This document shows positions 26,495 to 39,809 of a stretch of DNA of 64,000 nt, piece after piece. The position numbers and the translations under genes were made by a program. The notes beneath the pieces were generated by a model, which was not told the origin of the DNA, made no database searches, and saw nothing but the letters and a program-made list of their open reading frames with translations. Numbering within the stretch: position 1 is the stretch's first letter; the number at the start of each line of letters is the position of its first letter. The DNA is taken from assembly GCA_964016885.1 (NCBI GenBank), contig OZ024747.1:33480001-33544000 (forward strand). Direction: 5' to 3'. The DNA is from Eledone cirrhosa. Its lineage: Eukaryota.

Positions 26495-26810
26495 TAGCAG
26501 TCATTTGGTATTCAGGTCTCTGAATGCAGAGACTTAATATATCGCACAGGATTCTTGCAGTGCTAGTGATGGTAGAAATTTGGACACTGCCTATGAAGTC
26601 AGGGATCCCAAGGCTTTAAATGAAATGTGTTTAGGGTCAATGTCTAGCATCCAAACGACAATTGGCATGACTTCTGTCACTACATGGTGCTCAGTTCTCA
26701 CAGTGCCTGCTAGGTTTGCATAATTATTGATTTTTTAAAATTTCCTTTTCATCTGCATTGTGGTCTTGAGGGACTGCCATATGAATTAGAGTCCATTTTG
26801 GGGGCTTATT
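26495..26810 (-). mobile_element. R4/Dong-like RLE retrotransposon 3' fragment
   Basis: Translates WTLIHMAVPQDHN...EVMPIVV...TARILCDILSL, with frameshifts. Confidence 0.55.
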
Positions 26811-27659
26811 TGCTTTTAGAATAGTTTCTAACATAGGCATAAGGCCAGCAATTTGGAGGGAAAAGGAAAGTCGATTGCATCGACTAACTGTTACTTTATT
26901 TTATCAAACCTATAAAGATGAAAGACAAAGTAGAAATCAGTGGGAATTGAATATAGAATGCAAAGATTCAGATTAAATACTGGAAGTCGTTTTGCCTGAC
27001 ACAGTAATAGTTTGACCAATCTACCATTCTCCATTGCCCTAATAATGTTTCTAGTTTAGGCACAAGACCAGTAATTTTCAGGGTGGGGAGAGTCTATTAT
27101 ATTGATCCAGTACTTGACTTGTACTTTATTTTATCAATCCCAGATGAATGAAATTCAAAGTTGACCTTGACAGAGCCTCTCTTCAATCTCATTGCTTTCT
27201 TCCTTCTTATGAACACCTTCAAATGAACACTTTCAAGTCTAAAGTATATTCATTCCTTTCTACTTAATTCCTCCTTTTTCATAATCCTTTAGACTAGGTG
27301 GGTTCACGGTTTGTTTGGGACTTTCAAAAAGAAAAAAAAAAATAGAAACCAATCCAGTACTTGACAGGTTTTCATCTCAGAATTTAGTGAGATTTAACAA
27401 ATACCACATTTCATTTAGTCTAGTGTTGGTGATCAAAGATAAAGAAAACTCTTCAGCTGTCTCAAAGACATGACCAACTCCTTAGTATTGGTGATAAAAT
27501 TAAAAAATCTCTTAGTCTATAGGGTGCAGGAGCATATACAAGATAGGTCTCACTCCACCTAAGAAATTAATCGTTAAAATTAGGTACTCTCAATTGCTCT
27601 AATAATCATTGTATCTAGCTTAGGTACGAGGTCAGTAATTTGCAGGGTGGGAAGAGTCT

Positions 27660-28170
27660 ATAAAATTCCCATTGAGTCATTGTATAGGTCAAAAGTCTAC
27701 ATCACTGTTGAGATCATTTTATATCTTTACAAGTCCACAATTTGTCTTTCATTAGAATACTGTTGTCATATTTGGGCAGGTGCACCATCTGGTCACTTAG
27801 TCCTCAACCAGGATCAGATGCATATTTCTAATTTGATTGGGCCCTCTCTTGCTTCAACTCAGCAACCCTTGTTACATCGACCTGACGTCGCCAGTCTTAG
27901 TATTTTCTATCGTTATTACCACAGGAAGTTCTCTGATGAACTTTCTCTTTTGGTTTCAGATCTCTTTGTGCTATCTCACCTAACTTGAAACTCACAGCGA
28001 CTTCATTTGGATCCTGTTGTGGTTCCACAAAGAAGGAAGTATTTCTACAGTTGTTGCTTTTTTCTTCGAACTGCCAGACATTGGAACTCTCTTCCATCTC
28101 ATTGTATTCCTCCTTCTTATGATCTGAACTCTTTCAAGTCTATAGTAAATTCATTTCTTTCATCTCCTCC
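27660..28170 (+). mobile_element. CR1/L2/Jockey-group LINE ORF2 3' fragment
   Basis: LYKSTICLSLEYCCHIWAGAP...PLLHRPDVASLSIFYRYY; downstream RTARHWNSLP-like motif. Confidence 0.7.
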
Positions 28171-29122
28171 TTCATAGTCCATTACACAAAATGTTTGAGA
28201 CTTACAAAAAACCCTTTTTAATTTGTTAACTTTAAAAAATTGATCCATTACTTAACTTGTACTTTATTTTATCAACCCCAGACAAACGAAATGAAAAGTT
28301 GACCTTGGTAGGGTTTGAATTCAATATGTAACAAGAAGGAACAAATACCACACTTCATTTAGTCTGAGATTCTTTCAATTCTACTGCCACCACATGATTT
28401 AATTACTTCTGTAGGGGGGAGGAACATACGCAAGTAAGATAGGTCTCAGTCTATATGAGAGATCTATAGTTTCAATTAAGTACTGCCTGTGTCTGTGATA
28501 ATCCCTCCCACCCTTGCTAGCTGGGAAATGTGGATGTTAAATGATGATGATGATGAGGATGCATAATTTTATAGATTTTAATAACATTGTTTCAATATGT
28601 TAAAGATTTCAATAATGTCTTTGATTTTAGCTGTATCTTTGATTTTGTTTAAAAGTATATTGCTAACTTGTTTCTTGACTTTGACCAGGTCTTTGATTTC
28701 TTTCTATAGTAACATTATTGATTTCAAATTTTGGCTCAAAACCAAACAAATTGTTGTGGAAAGGGTAACGTCAATTTAATCTGCTTCAGTACTTGACTGG
28801 TACATTTTTTCACCAACCCTGGTGAACTTTATTATACAAACACTAGGCATACTTTATTTTACCAACTCTCTCTGTACTTTATTTGACTAATCCCAGGTGA
28901 GATGGACTCAGCTAAGTTTAAAATATCCCAAAAATGCAGTATGCCACGATGGCACTAACCATTTAGGAGTATCTAAGATTACATTATTGAATATGTCTTC
29001 AACATCTGTCATACAGAAGGGTACATTTTTTAGCACCAGTTAAAGAAACTATTTACTTATATGCTCAAGATTCAATTATATATTGTTGTTTCTTTGTTAT
29101 ATAAATCTTCTTTTTCTCCCAC

Positions 29123-29420
29123 TTATTCCTGGAAGGGTAGTGATGGCAGAGTCCACAAACACTCATTCCAGCAGGTCCTGTCAGAAGCAACTGTCTTCAA
29201 TTGATCCAGCTTGAGTCCCAAGCATGGCCTGCTGAGTTCATAGATGTTATCCAACCATCTTCCTCGAGGTCTACCCCTGGCTTTCCTGTTGGTTGATTTA
29301 AGCCTGTAAAATCTGTCCAGCGATTCTTTCCTGGGGCATTCTAACCTCATGCCTATAGTATAGGAGATGTGATCTCTCAATTTAGAGAAGTAGGGGCTCT
29401 AAATGCGACTTCTGTTCTTT
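29123..29420 (-). mobile_element. RTE LINE 3' fragment
   Basis: RKARGRPRGRWLDNI...ASDRTCW. Confidence 0.6.
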
Positions 29421-29779
29421 CAATGGACTCTGTATTATGAATACATTCTTCCATTACAGAGACATCCATAAATATATAAATGTTCATTCGTAAAATATGC
29501 ATTGCTATATCTAAATTCTGATCTTTGTGGTGTATGCCATAACAATCTTATTCATTCATATGTTATATATGCAGGCAGGTTTAGTTATTATCTAAAAGTA
29601 TTTTGTGTTCAGTCTGATATGTCAGACCACTTGATGGATGAATATATCCACCCTGTGCAGTTATTATAAGTTCTAAATGTAAATGAAATTTTCAATTGCG
29701 TATGTTTGAAGACATGTCAAAATTATCTGGGGATGATAAAGAATGATTTATATTCCTCAACTATGTTGACTATAAAATA

Positions 29780-30015
29780 TCATCATCATCATTTTTATGT
29801 CCGTTTTTCCACACTTGCATGGGTTGGACAGCATCTCTAAACTTGTTGCGTTATTTTGTCATCTCCTCTGTGAGTCTCAGTGATCTGAAATCAACATTCA
29901 CCACCTCTGCCCAGGTCTTTCTTGGTCTACATCTACTGCAGGATATTTCCACTGGGATTTCCTGGCACTTCTTCACCCAGCTCTGCAACCATCATCCATG
30001 TGCATCCCATCACAT
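29780..30015 (-). mobile_element. RTE LINE 3' fragment with (GAT)n tail
   Basis: RPRKTWAEVV on the minus strand and catcatcat tail, as in copies at 56591 and 61042. Confidence 0.55.
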
Positions 30016-33000
30016 GGCTATAGTAATGCCAATGTGCCATAGTAATGCCAATGTGCCATATTAAAACCGATGTGCCAGAGTAATACCAATGTGCCACATT
30101 AATGCCAATGTGCCATAGTAATGCCAATGTGCCACATTAATGCCAATGTGCCATAGTAATGCCAATGTGCCATAGTGATACCAATGTGTCACATTAATGC
30201 CAATGTACCACATTAATGCCAATGTGCCACATTAATGCCTATGTGCCATAGTAATACCAATGTGTCACATTAATGCCAATGTGCCATAGTAATGCCAATG
30301 TGTCATATTAATACCAATGTGCCATATTAATGCCAATGTGCCACAGTAATGCCAATGTGCCACATTAATGCCAATGTGCCACAGTAATACCAATGTCCCA
30401 CATTAATGCCAATGTGCCATATTAATGCCGATGTGCCACAGTAATGCCAATGTGCCACATTAATGCCGATGTGCCATAGTAATACCAATGTGTCACATTA
30501 ATGCCAATGTGCCACAGTAATGCCAATGTACCATAGTAATGCCAATGTGCCATAGTAATGCCAATGTGCCATAGTAATGCCAATGTGCCACATTAATGCC
30601 AATGTGCCACAGTGATGCCAATGTGCCACATTAATGCCAATGTGCCACAGTGATGCCAATGTGCGATAGTAATGCCAATGTGCCATAGTAATGCCAATGT
30701 GCCATAGTAATGCCAATGTGCCACATTAATGCCAATGTGCCATAGTAATGCCAATGAGCCATAGTAATTCCAATGGGCCACATTAATGCCAATGTGCCAT
30801 AGTAATGCCAATGTGCCACAGTAATGCCAATGTGCCACATTATTGCCAAAGTGCCACAGTAATGCCAATGTGCCACATTAATGCCAATGTACCATAGTAA
30901 TGCCAATGTGCCATAGTAATGCCAATGTGCCACATTAATGCCCATGTGCCATAGTAATGCCAATGTGCCATAGTAATTCCAATGGGCCATAGTAATACCA
31001 ATGCGCCATAGTAATGCCAATGTGTCACATTAATTCCAATGTGCCATAGCAATACCAATGTGCCATATTAATACCAATGGGCCATAGTAATACCAATGGG
31101 CCATAGTAATGCCAATGTGCCACATTATTGCCAATGTGCCACATTAATGCCAATGTGCCACATTAATGCCAATGTACCATAGTAATGCCAATGTGCCATA
31201 GTAATGCCAATGTGCCACATTAATGCCAATGTACCACATTAATGCCAATGTACCATAGTAATGCCAATGTGCCATAGTAATGCCAATGTGCCACATTAAT
31301 GCCAATGTACCACATTAATGCCAATGTACCATAGTAATGCCAATGTGCCATAGTAATGCCAATGTGCCACATTAATGCCAATGTACCACATTAATGCCAA
31401 TGTGCCATAGTAATGCCAATGTGCCATAGTAATGCCAATGTGCCACATTAATGCCCATGTGCCATAGTAATGCCAATGTGCCATAGTAATTCCAATGGGC
31501 CATAGTAATACCAATGCGCCATAGTAATGCCAATGTGTCACATTAATTCCAATGTGCCATAGCAATACCAATGTGCCATATTAATACCAATGGGCCATAG
31601 TAATACCAATGGGCCATAGTAATGCCAATGTGCCACATTATTGCCAATGTGCCACATTAATGCCAATGTGCCACATTAATGCCAATGTACCATAGTAATG
31701 CCAATGTGCCATAGTAATGCCAATGTGCCACATTAATGCCAATGTACCACATTAATGCCAATGTACCATAGTAATGCCAATGTGCCATAGTAATGCCAAT
31801 GTGCCACATTAATGCCAATGTACCACATTAATGCCAATGTACCATAGTAATGCCAATGTGCCATAGTAATGCCAATGTGCCACATTAATGCCAATGTACC
31901 ACATTAATGCCAATGTGCCATAGTAATGCCAATGTGCCATAGTAATACCAATGTGCCACATTAATGCCAAAGTGCCATAGTATGCCAATGTGCCATAGTA
32001 ATAACAATGTGCCACATTAATGCCAATGTGCCATAGTAATGCCAATGTGCCACATTAGTACCAATGTGCCATAGTAATGCCAATGTGCCATAGTAATTCC
32101 AATGGCCCACATTAATGCCAATGTGCCATAGTAATGCCAATGTGCCATATTAATGACAATGTGCCATAGTAATACCAATGTGCCATATTAATACCAATGG
32201 GCCATAGTAATACCAATGGGCCATAGTAATGCCAATGTGCCACATTAATGCCAATGTGTCACATTAATTCCAATGTGCCATAGTAATGCCAATGTGCCAT
32301 AGTAATACCAATGGGCCATAGTAATGCCAATGTGCCACATTAATGTCAATGTGCCACATTAAAGCCAATGCGCCATAGTAATGCCAATGTGCCACATTAA
32401 TGTCAATGTGCCACATTAAAGCCAATGCGCCATAGTAATGCCAATGTCCCACATTAATGTCAATGTTCCACATTAAAGCCAATGTGCCATAGTAATTCCA
32501 ATGTGTCACATTAATGCCAATGTACCACATTAATTCCAATGTGCCATAGTAATGCTGCCAATGTGCCATATCAATGTCAATGTGCCATAGTAATGCCAAT
32601 GTGCCATAGTAATTCCAATGGCCCACATTAATGCCAATGTGCCATAGTAATGCCAATGTGCCATATTAATGACAATGTGCCATAGTAATACCAATGTGCC
32701 ATATTAATACCAATGGGTCATAGTAATACCAATGTGCCATAGTAATACCAATGTGCCACATTAATGCCAATGTGCCATAGTAATGCCAATGTGTCACATT
32801 AATGTCAATGTGCCACATTAAGGCCAATGTGCCATAGTAATACCAATGTGCCACAGTAATGCCAATGTGCCACATTAAATCCAATGTGCCACAGTAATGC
32901 CAATGTCCCACAGTAATGCCAATGTGCCACATTAATGCAAATGTGCCATAGTAATGCCAATGTGCCACATTAATACCAATCTTCCACAGTAATGCCAATG

Positions 33001-33199
33001 TCCCACATTAATGCCATTGTGCCACATTAATGCCAATGTGTCACAATAATGCCAATGTTCCACAGTAATGCCAATGTCCCACATTAATGCCATTGTGCCA
33101 CATTAATGCCAATGTGTCACATTAATGCCAATGTTCCACAGTAATGCCAATGTGCCACATTATTTCCAATGTGCCACAGTAATGCCAATGTACCACATT
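30016..33199. repeat. 19-bp tandem satellite, about 165 units
   Basis: Unit AATGCCAATGTGCCA(TAGT/CATT/CAGT); 513-bp (27-unit) internal duplication. Confidence 0.97.
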
Positions 33200-33977
33200 C
33201 ATTCAAGATGGTGTACTACCACATTATGTTAGATAATCTTTGACAACACATTTCAGTGACATCAGTGTGCTCACCTAGAGATTGCTGTGATTGAACATGT
33301 GGCATATATACATTGCTTAAAAGTCAGTTTTACTCATAGTGTTCCCCAACCATGGTTTCCGTAATTCAAAAAACTTTGGAATAACCAATTTTGGAAGAAA
33401 TACCATACTATCATTGGGGGAGAATTCTTTGGAATAAGAGAAGTTGAATACATATCATACATTCCATGTCATTGCCAAACCACATGGTGTCCAACTTGCT
33501 GTGTTGCTGAATTACAATATGCATATAATCCATATAATGTATTAGGACCACATGTTGGGCTTATATCGATGCTGGGAATACCAGCCAAAACCTTCTAAAT
33601 CTTGTTTAGGACATATTTAAACCTGGAGGAGCCCATCTCCTATACAAGTTTGAATACATCAGATTTCTTCCAGAGAGGGATAGAGAGAGTGAGAGAATAG
33701 AAGTGAAAAAGCGATATAGAGGAAGAATTCACCCCAGTACTAAACTGGTATTTTTTTTATTAACCTCGAATGAATGAAAGACAAAGTTGACATCAGTGAG
33801 ATTTCAACTCGGAGAGACAAAAGGAATACTGCAACGTGCTCCAATGTTTTATGATTCTACCAATACAATGATTTTGTGTTCACTTATTTGAGTCAAATAA
33901 TAAGTAATAATTTTGGGAGGGAGGTACAGTGTATATTGAGTGATATACTCAATATATGATGGAATGCATTATTCTGG

Positions 33978-34295
33978 ATTGGCAGTATCGGTAGAGGGTC
34001 GAACGCCATGCTTTGATGCATAGAGTTATGGCCCTTGCCAAAATTAGAAACAATTATTATAGCACTGAAAAGGGTGGTGAATTGGCGGTATTGGTAGAGA
34101 ATCAGACACCATGCTTTGCAGCAAAGAGTTACGAGCCTTTATGATCTGAGATCAAATCCTGCTGAGGTTAACTTTGTCTTTCATCCTTACAGGGTCAATA
34201 AAACAAAGCACCAGTAATGTACTGGGGTCGATTTAATTGACTTTCCACTCCCCCAAAATTGCTGGCCTTGTGCCTATATAAGAAACCATTATTAT
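33978..34295 (+). mobile_element. Two adjacent family A SINEs (first internally deleted)
   Basis: A/B boxes and conserved core; both followed by attatagcactgaaa. Confidence 0.75.
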
Positions 34296-34799
34296 AGCAC
34301 TGAAAGTATTTAAACTCAGTCTACATAGTCTTTCAGTTTGTACCAATCCCTCTATTAATATTCATCAATTGCAAGCTGACTAAATCCATATCCAGAACGA
34401 TGTTAGACCTAACATAGCAACAGTTTTAGTAGTATACTAGACCACCCATTCAAAATAGTAAAAAAAATTCAGGTTCACTTGAAAATAATTTTTAAATAAT
34501 TAAAATATACACAGATATGTATATCATGTGAAATGAAATTAGAAGGCCCATATATATATACGTGTGTGTATGTATATATATAAATGTGTGTGTTTGTATA
34601 CTTATATACATATATATATATGTGATCTATATACACTGGTCATAGACAAACATACACATATATATATACACACACACACATATATATATACACACATATA
34701 TATATACACACACACATATATATATACACACACACATATATATATACACACACACACATATATATACACACACACACATATATATACACACACACTCAT

Positions 34800-34873
34800 A
34801 TATTGAGTCGTCAAGTGTGAAATTTGTAGAATAAAACAAATTTCTACAAATTTCATACTTGACGAGTCAATAT
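34800..34873. repeat. Near-perfect hairpin (~31-bp arms)
   Basis: attgagtcgtcaagtgtgaaatttgtagaa / ttctacaaatttcatacttgacgagtcaat. Confidence 0.85.
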
Positions 34874-34891
34874 ATGCACAACAACACCACC

Positions 34892-34957
<66 letters not shown>

Positions 34958-35339
34958 CTCCTTCTCTGTCTCCTCTCCCTCTCTCTATATCTCTCCATCA
35001 ATCTAATCTGTCACAACCACTATCTCTTCCTCTCTGTTTATGAACGTACCCAGAATAAACCCCATATTTTAGGAACCCGTGGTCCGATTTATGCAAAATT
35101 TGTTTTATTCCATTTGTATTCCCATTTCAAGGGCAACATCCTTTCAAAGTATTTTCCCATTATGTTCCCTTTTTGCTGTATTACATTACAGACAAGCAAG
35201 CAATTGCAGAACTTTAGTAATATATAGATTGACAAGATATTAGTCACCATCATCAACATCCTTATCATCATTATATGTCTGCTTTTTCATATGTCCTTGG
35301 GTTTGATGAATCTTTTCCAGCACAACATCAATCAATGAT

Positions 35340-35648
35340 GATTGCAGGCTCCTTTGGTCATAAATGACCATGGGTTTGCACCTAGAAACTTGAATATATA
35401 GTGTGCTTCATATGGTAAGTTTCTAGGTGCAAAACCATCAGTTGCCCATGCATAACCGATATTGTCCAAGGGAAAGGCAATGGCTGATACAGCTTGGAAC
35501 CAGTGATGCCGTAACTCATTTCTACAGTTGAATGGAATAGAGCAATGTGAAATAAAGTGTTTTGTTCAAGAACACTATGCTTTGCCCAGTCCAGGATTTG
35601 AACTTACAACATCATGATTGTGAGCCTAATGCTCTAAACACTAGGCAA
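35340..35648 (-). mobile_element. tRNA-derived SINE with RTE-type tail
   Basis: Minus strand A-box tgcctagtg and B-box agttcaaatcc; central 'cactttatttcacattgctc' domain. Confidence 0.6.
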
Positions 35649-36419
35649 TAATATTTGCTGAAATTATGTTCCACTGGGTGTATTGAGAAAGATTGGAATG
35701 TGCAGAAAACTGGTACACTCCTCGTCACTGGTACACACTCTCTCTCACAAACACTTACAGGACACATGCATTTATAACAATAGCAATATATATGGACAGA
35801 TTTAGTTCCCTTTACTTCTCATTTGTAAACTTGATCAAGTAAACTTATATAGCTGAAAACTACACTCTGTTATGATTGGTCGATTTTCTTGTTGTTGACC
35901 TTCACTTTAGTAAATCAAACATTCCGAGATCAAATTCTGTGTCCTTGGCCTCCTATCACTGTTTATAGTAGGGGCTTGATTTATTGCTAAAATATAATTG
36001 GGATGATCTGAAAGTGATTGACATTTCAGGGACATGCCTGGAAAGAACAGAATCTACAAATAGAATTGCCTACTAATTTCATAAAGGGTAATGTAAAATT
36101 TCTGACTTGTTTGTGTTACAAGGCTTAGGAAAGCAGACGTTAAATGATGACAATGATTATGATGATGATATTAGTCATCACCATCCTTATTATTTTATTT
36201 CTATTTTTTTCATGTGTGTCTGGGTTTGATGAGTCTTTTCCAGCACAACATCTCTCAGATTATAGTTGGATTTCACACTATACATGGCACTGGCTCAACT
36301 TATTACTAAAATCTAATTAAGATATTCAAAACCTAATTAAAATTTCTAGAAAAGACTTGGACAAAACAGAATCTACAAATTGAATTGTCTATGAAAAGTT
36401 TGTGACTTGTTTTTATGTA

Positions 36420-36972
36420 ACAAGGTTTAGGACAGCTGCATTTTCATTTGATATTATAACTGGATGGAATTGAAAGCTTCTGATTCAAAATGCAATTTAT
36501 ATATCGAAAACAAAAAGGAGAATGTTTAAGCAATTCTTGGATAGAAAAATAACTGATGCTCTATACTTGATGAGTAGGTTTTGGATTAACTTCAACAAGA
36601 CTATAAAGAACCAGAAGTACAACATAAAATTTATAATCCTATTCTACAACATATACACATTTGTTTCTACATTGCAAAATGATAACAGAATAGATAACAT
36701 TAATAAAATGTAGATCACTTATGACAGTGTAATATTAAGGGATATATTGAATATACTCAAATGTAAGCTGAGGAATATGTGACCAAAAATGAAAATCGAT
36801 GATAAAATGGGGATGGAAGACAATGGCTTATATACGCTATCTAAACAATGTGTTGATTAGCTGCCTCAATTTATAAATGGGGTTTGGATTTTCACATATT
36901 TCTCAGATATAAAATAGTGGGGGTAGGTGTCAGCTTATATATAGATCTGCTTATGTTTGAGTGTATATGGTA
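36420..36972 (+). mobile_element. Highly decayed pogo/Tigger-like DNA transposon 3' remnant
   Basis: FKQFL-like residue run and terminal gcttat..ttgagtgtatatggTA resembling pogo TIRs. Confidence 0.3.
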
Positions 36973-37778
36973 ACTAATGCTTCTACTTCATATAGCTTTC
37001 TTGCAAAATCTAAATGTAGGCTGCCATGAGCATTACTACATTGTTAAATTCACATATGCAATAAATATTCAAAAGCATATAAAAAATGTTTGGTCAAAGA
37101 TTGTTCCCTATTTCCCTTTATCCTCTTGTTTTTTTTTGTTTTTTTTATACAGGTGTTTGCATATCTCCTTTGAATATCTTGTTCAGGTAGCATATGTTGA
37201 AATAGCTTCTTAATATTCAAAATCCTATATTGCCCACCAAAATTTCCAATCACCTACCATTGTCTGTTCAGTTACCAGTTGCTCATCACCCACCTAACAG
37301 TTGAAATTGCTCAACAGTTGAAAATGATATCACCCAAGTTGGGAAACCCTGCCCTAAACAAAAGGCTGGAAATGTGCCATGATATGACTTAATAAAGCTT
37401 CATGAAATGAATAATATTTGTCAGTTAGTGAGTATATTATCATTTAGACTTTGAACATTATTTCAAAGCAAGTTTAATCTATTCTTATAATTTGGTTATT
37501 TCAATCATTTATTCATTTTAATTTCTAATTCTTTTGACAGTTTATTTGCTGTTATCTGTATGTTTGCTTAAATATATTTATTATGAATAATTATAAAGTG
37601 ATATCCGTAGTAATTATTTGTTTAGTATGATTAGGTTTCCCTATACTTGTAAGAAGAGATGTTATTTGATTATTATTGATTTTTAATCTTTTAATGTTAA
37701 AAAAAAAGAAAACAATCAATGCCTCTGTACCTGTTTTGTGATTAATCTGCTCGATGTCTAGTATAAACATTTATATTA

Positions 37779-37957
37779 TAATTGTTTCTACTTGTGGCAC
37801 AATGCCAGCAAATACCCAGTACATTACTGGTACTTTATTTTATCGACCCCGTAAGGATGAAAAGCAAAGTTAACCTCGGCGGGATTTGAACTCAGACCGT
37901 AAAGGGACGTAACTATGCTGGAAAGCATGGCGTCCGCCTCTCTACTGATACTGCCAA
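37779..37957 (-). mobile_element. Family A SINE
   Basis: Same sequence as 26078-26256. Confidence 0.85.
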
Positions 37958-38036
37958 TATTATAATGTCTGTACTGCAGGAACAAAATAGGCAGAGAAAA
38001 TATTTCGAAAGGATGTAGCTCTAGAAAGGAATAATG

Positions 38037-38420
38037 TGGAAAAGTGTTTAGGGCAGTATATTAGTAATGGGGTCCCATATGGAGAAAAGGTGTTTAGGGT
38101 AGAATATCAGTAGTGGGGACCCATATGGAGCAAAAGTGTTTAGGGTAGAATATCAGTAGTGGGGTCCCATATGGAGAAAAGGTGTTTAGGGTAGAACATC
38201 AGTAGTTGGGTCCCATATGGAGAAAAGGTGTTTAGGGTAGAATATCAGTAGTGGGGTCCCATATGGAGAAAAGGTGTTTAGGGTAGAATATCAGTAGTGG
38301 GGTCCCATATGGAGAAAAGGTGTTTAGGTTAGAATATCAGTAGTGAGGACCCATATGGAGCAAAAGTGTTTAGGGTAGAATATCAGTAGTGGGAGCCCAT
38401 ATGGGGGAAAAGTGTTTAGA
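38037..38420. repeat. 46-bp minisatellite, about 8 units
   Basis: Unit GGAGAAAAGGTGTTTAGGGTAGAATATCAGTAGTGGGGTCCCATAT. Confidence 0.95.
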
Positions 38421-38559
38421 GGAGTCATCATCATCATCATCATCTTCGTTTAACGTCCATCTTTCACGCTAGCATGGAAGTATATCAATAGAAGAACATC
38501 AATAATGAGGGGGCCCATATGGAGCAAATTTTGTGTGAGGATGAAATAGGAAAATAGTG

Positions 38560-38890
38560 TTTTATAACCAATAAGGCCATTCTTCAGAACATCTGTTGAG
38601 TCACAGTTATTATATGGATCAGGTAAATGGACCCTGACACAAGCACTTGAGAAGAAACTAGATGGTGCATACACTAAAATAAAAACTGGAGTTGACATAT
38701 TACAGACGAAAGTTTATACGGAATCCTGCCCAAGATAATAATTACAATTGCTCAAAGATAGTTACAATTTGCAGGACATTGCTGGAGAAGTAAGCAGGAA
38801 ATTATGCACAAGCTACTATTGTGGAAACCAATTCATGGGAGATACAGCAGAGGAAGATCTGCTTGAATATTCATCGATCAGCTCTCAGAT
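38560..38890 (+). mobile_element. Old RTE LINE 3' fragment
   Basis: ESQLLYGSGKWTLTQALEKKLDGAYT...LQFAGHCWRSKQE...LLLWKP. Confidence 0.7.
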
Positions 38891-39710
38891 GAGCAAACAT
38901 TTATAGAACAGTAACAGTTTATCTATGGTTAAATTCCCTTCCCGTGAGTAACCTTTTTATGTTTTTAAGTGAGGTACTGATTTACACTCATTGAACCACT
39001 GTGATATGGGACATGTCACCATATTACAAAGTCTGACTTGAGGGAAAACATGCACGCACATAGGCACAAACACACAGTTACATAAAAAAGAGGACAAATC
39101 ACGAGGTCCAACACACACATGACAGTCTTCTTCAGAGTTTCGACCAAATTCTTCACAAAAGCTTGGTTAGGTCAAGGCTAATGACGGAACACAATTATCT
39201 AAGTTGACGTGCAGTAGGATTAAACCCAAAACTAGAAGGTTGCAAAGCAAATGACTTCAACACATGGCCCTTTAGGAAAATTTATACTCACACAAAATTT
39301 ACACAATATGGCTCCAATGTCAACTGTTGTCAGGAACAAATTATCGACAAACAAATTGATTATCTACATGATAATTAGATATATTACCCATTGGGTAATA
39401 AAGGAGTTCTTGGTCTTCTTTTAATGATTGAAGGGAGTTTTATACACTGTTTAAACTAATTGATGTTATCTTGACTTATTTTGGCACACTGTCATAAAAT
39501 TTTAAATATTTTCATAGCTGATATGTATATCAGTTCTATACCTCACATACACTGAACAACCTGAAACAATGCCAAATATTTCATTTTCTATATCTTTTTC
39601 ACAAATATTATGTTTCTCAGTATCCAATCTTCAAAATATATTGCCTCCACTATCATTTCTAAGTAGAAATATACTAGGAGTAAAAGTGATAATTTGTGTG
39701 CATGTGAGTA

Positions 39711-39809
<99 letters not shown>

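Noticed and set aside
30016-33199. CRISPR-like array or W/H-rich repeat protein (ORFs reading WHIGI/AHWHYY)
   Set aside because: Contiguous 19-bp units with no unique spacers and no cas genes; unit length is not a multiple of 3 and ORFs have scattered stops, so it is a satellite
37731-37757. 27-nt minus-strand micro-exon (AG...GT, IEQINHKT)
   Set aside because: Weak splice context and no neighbouring exons; indistinguishable from chance
38040-38420. Telomeric repeat array
   Set aside because: Only one TTTAGGG per 46-bp unit, not tandem telomere repeats
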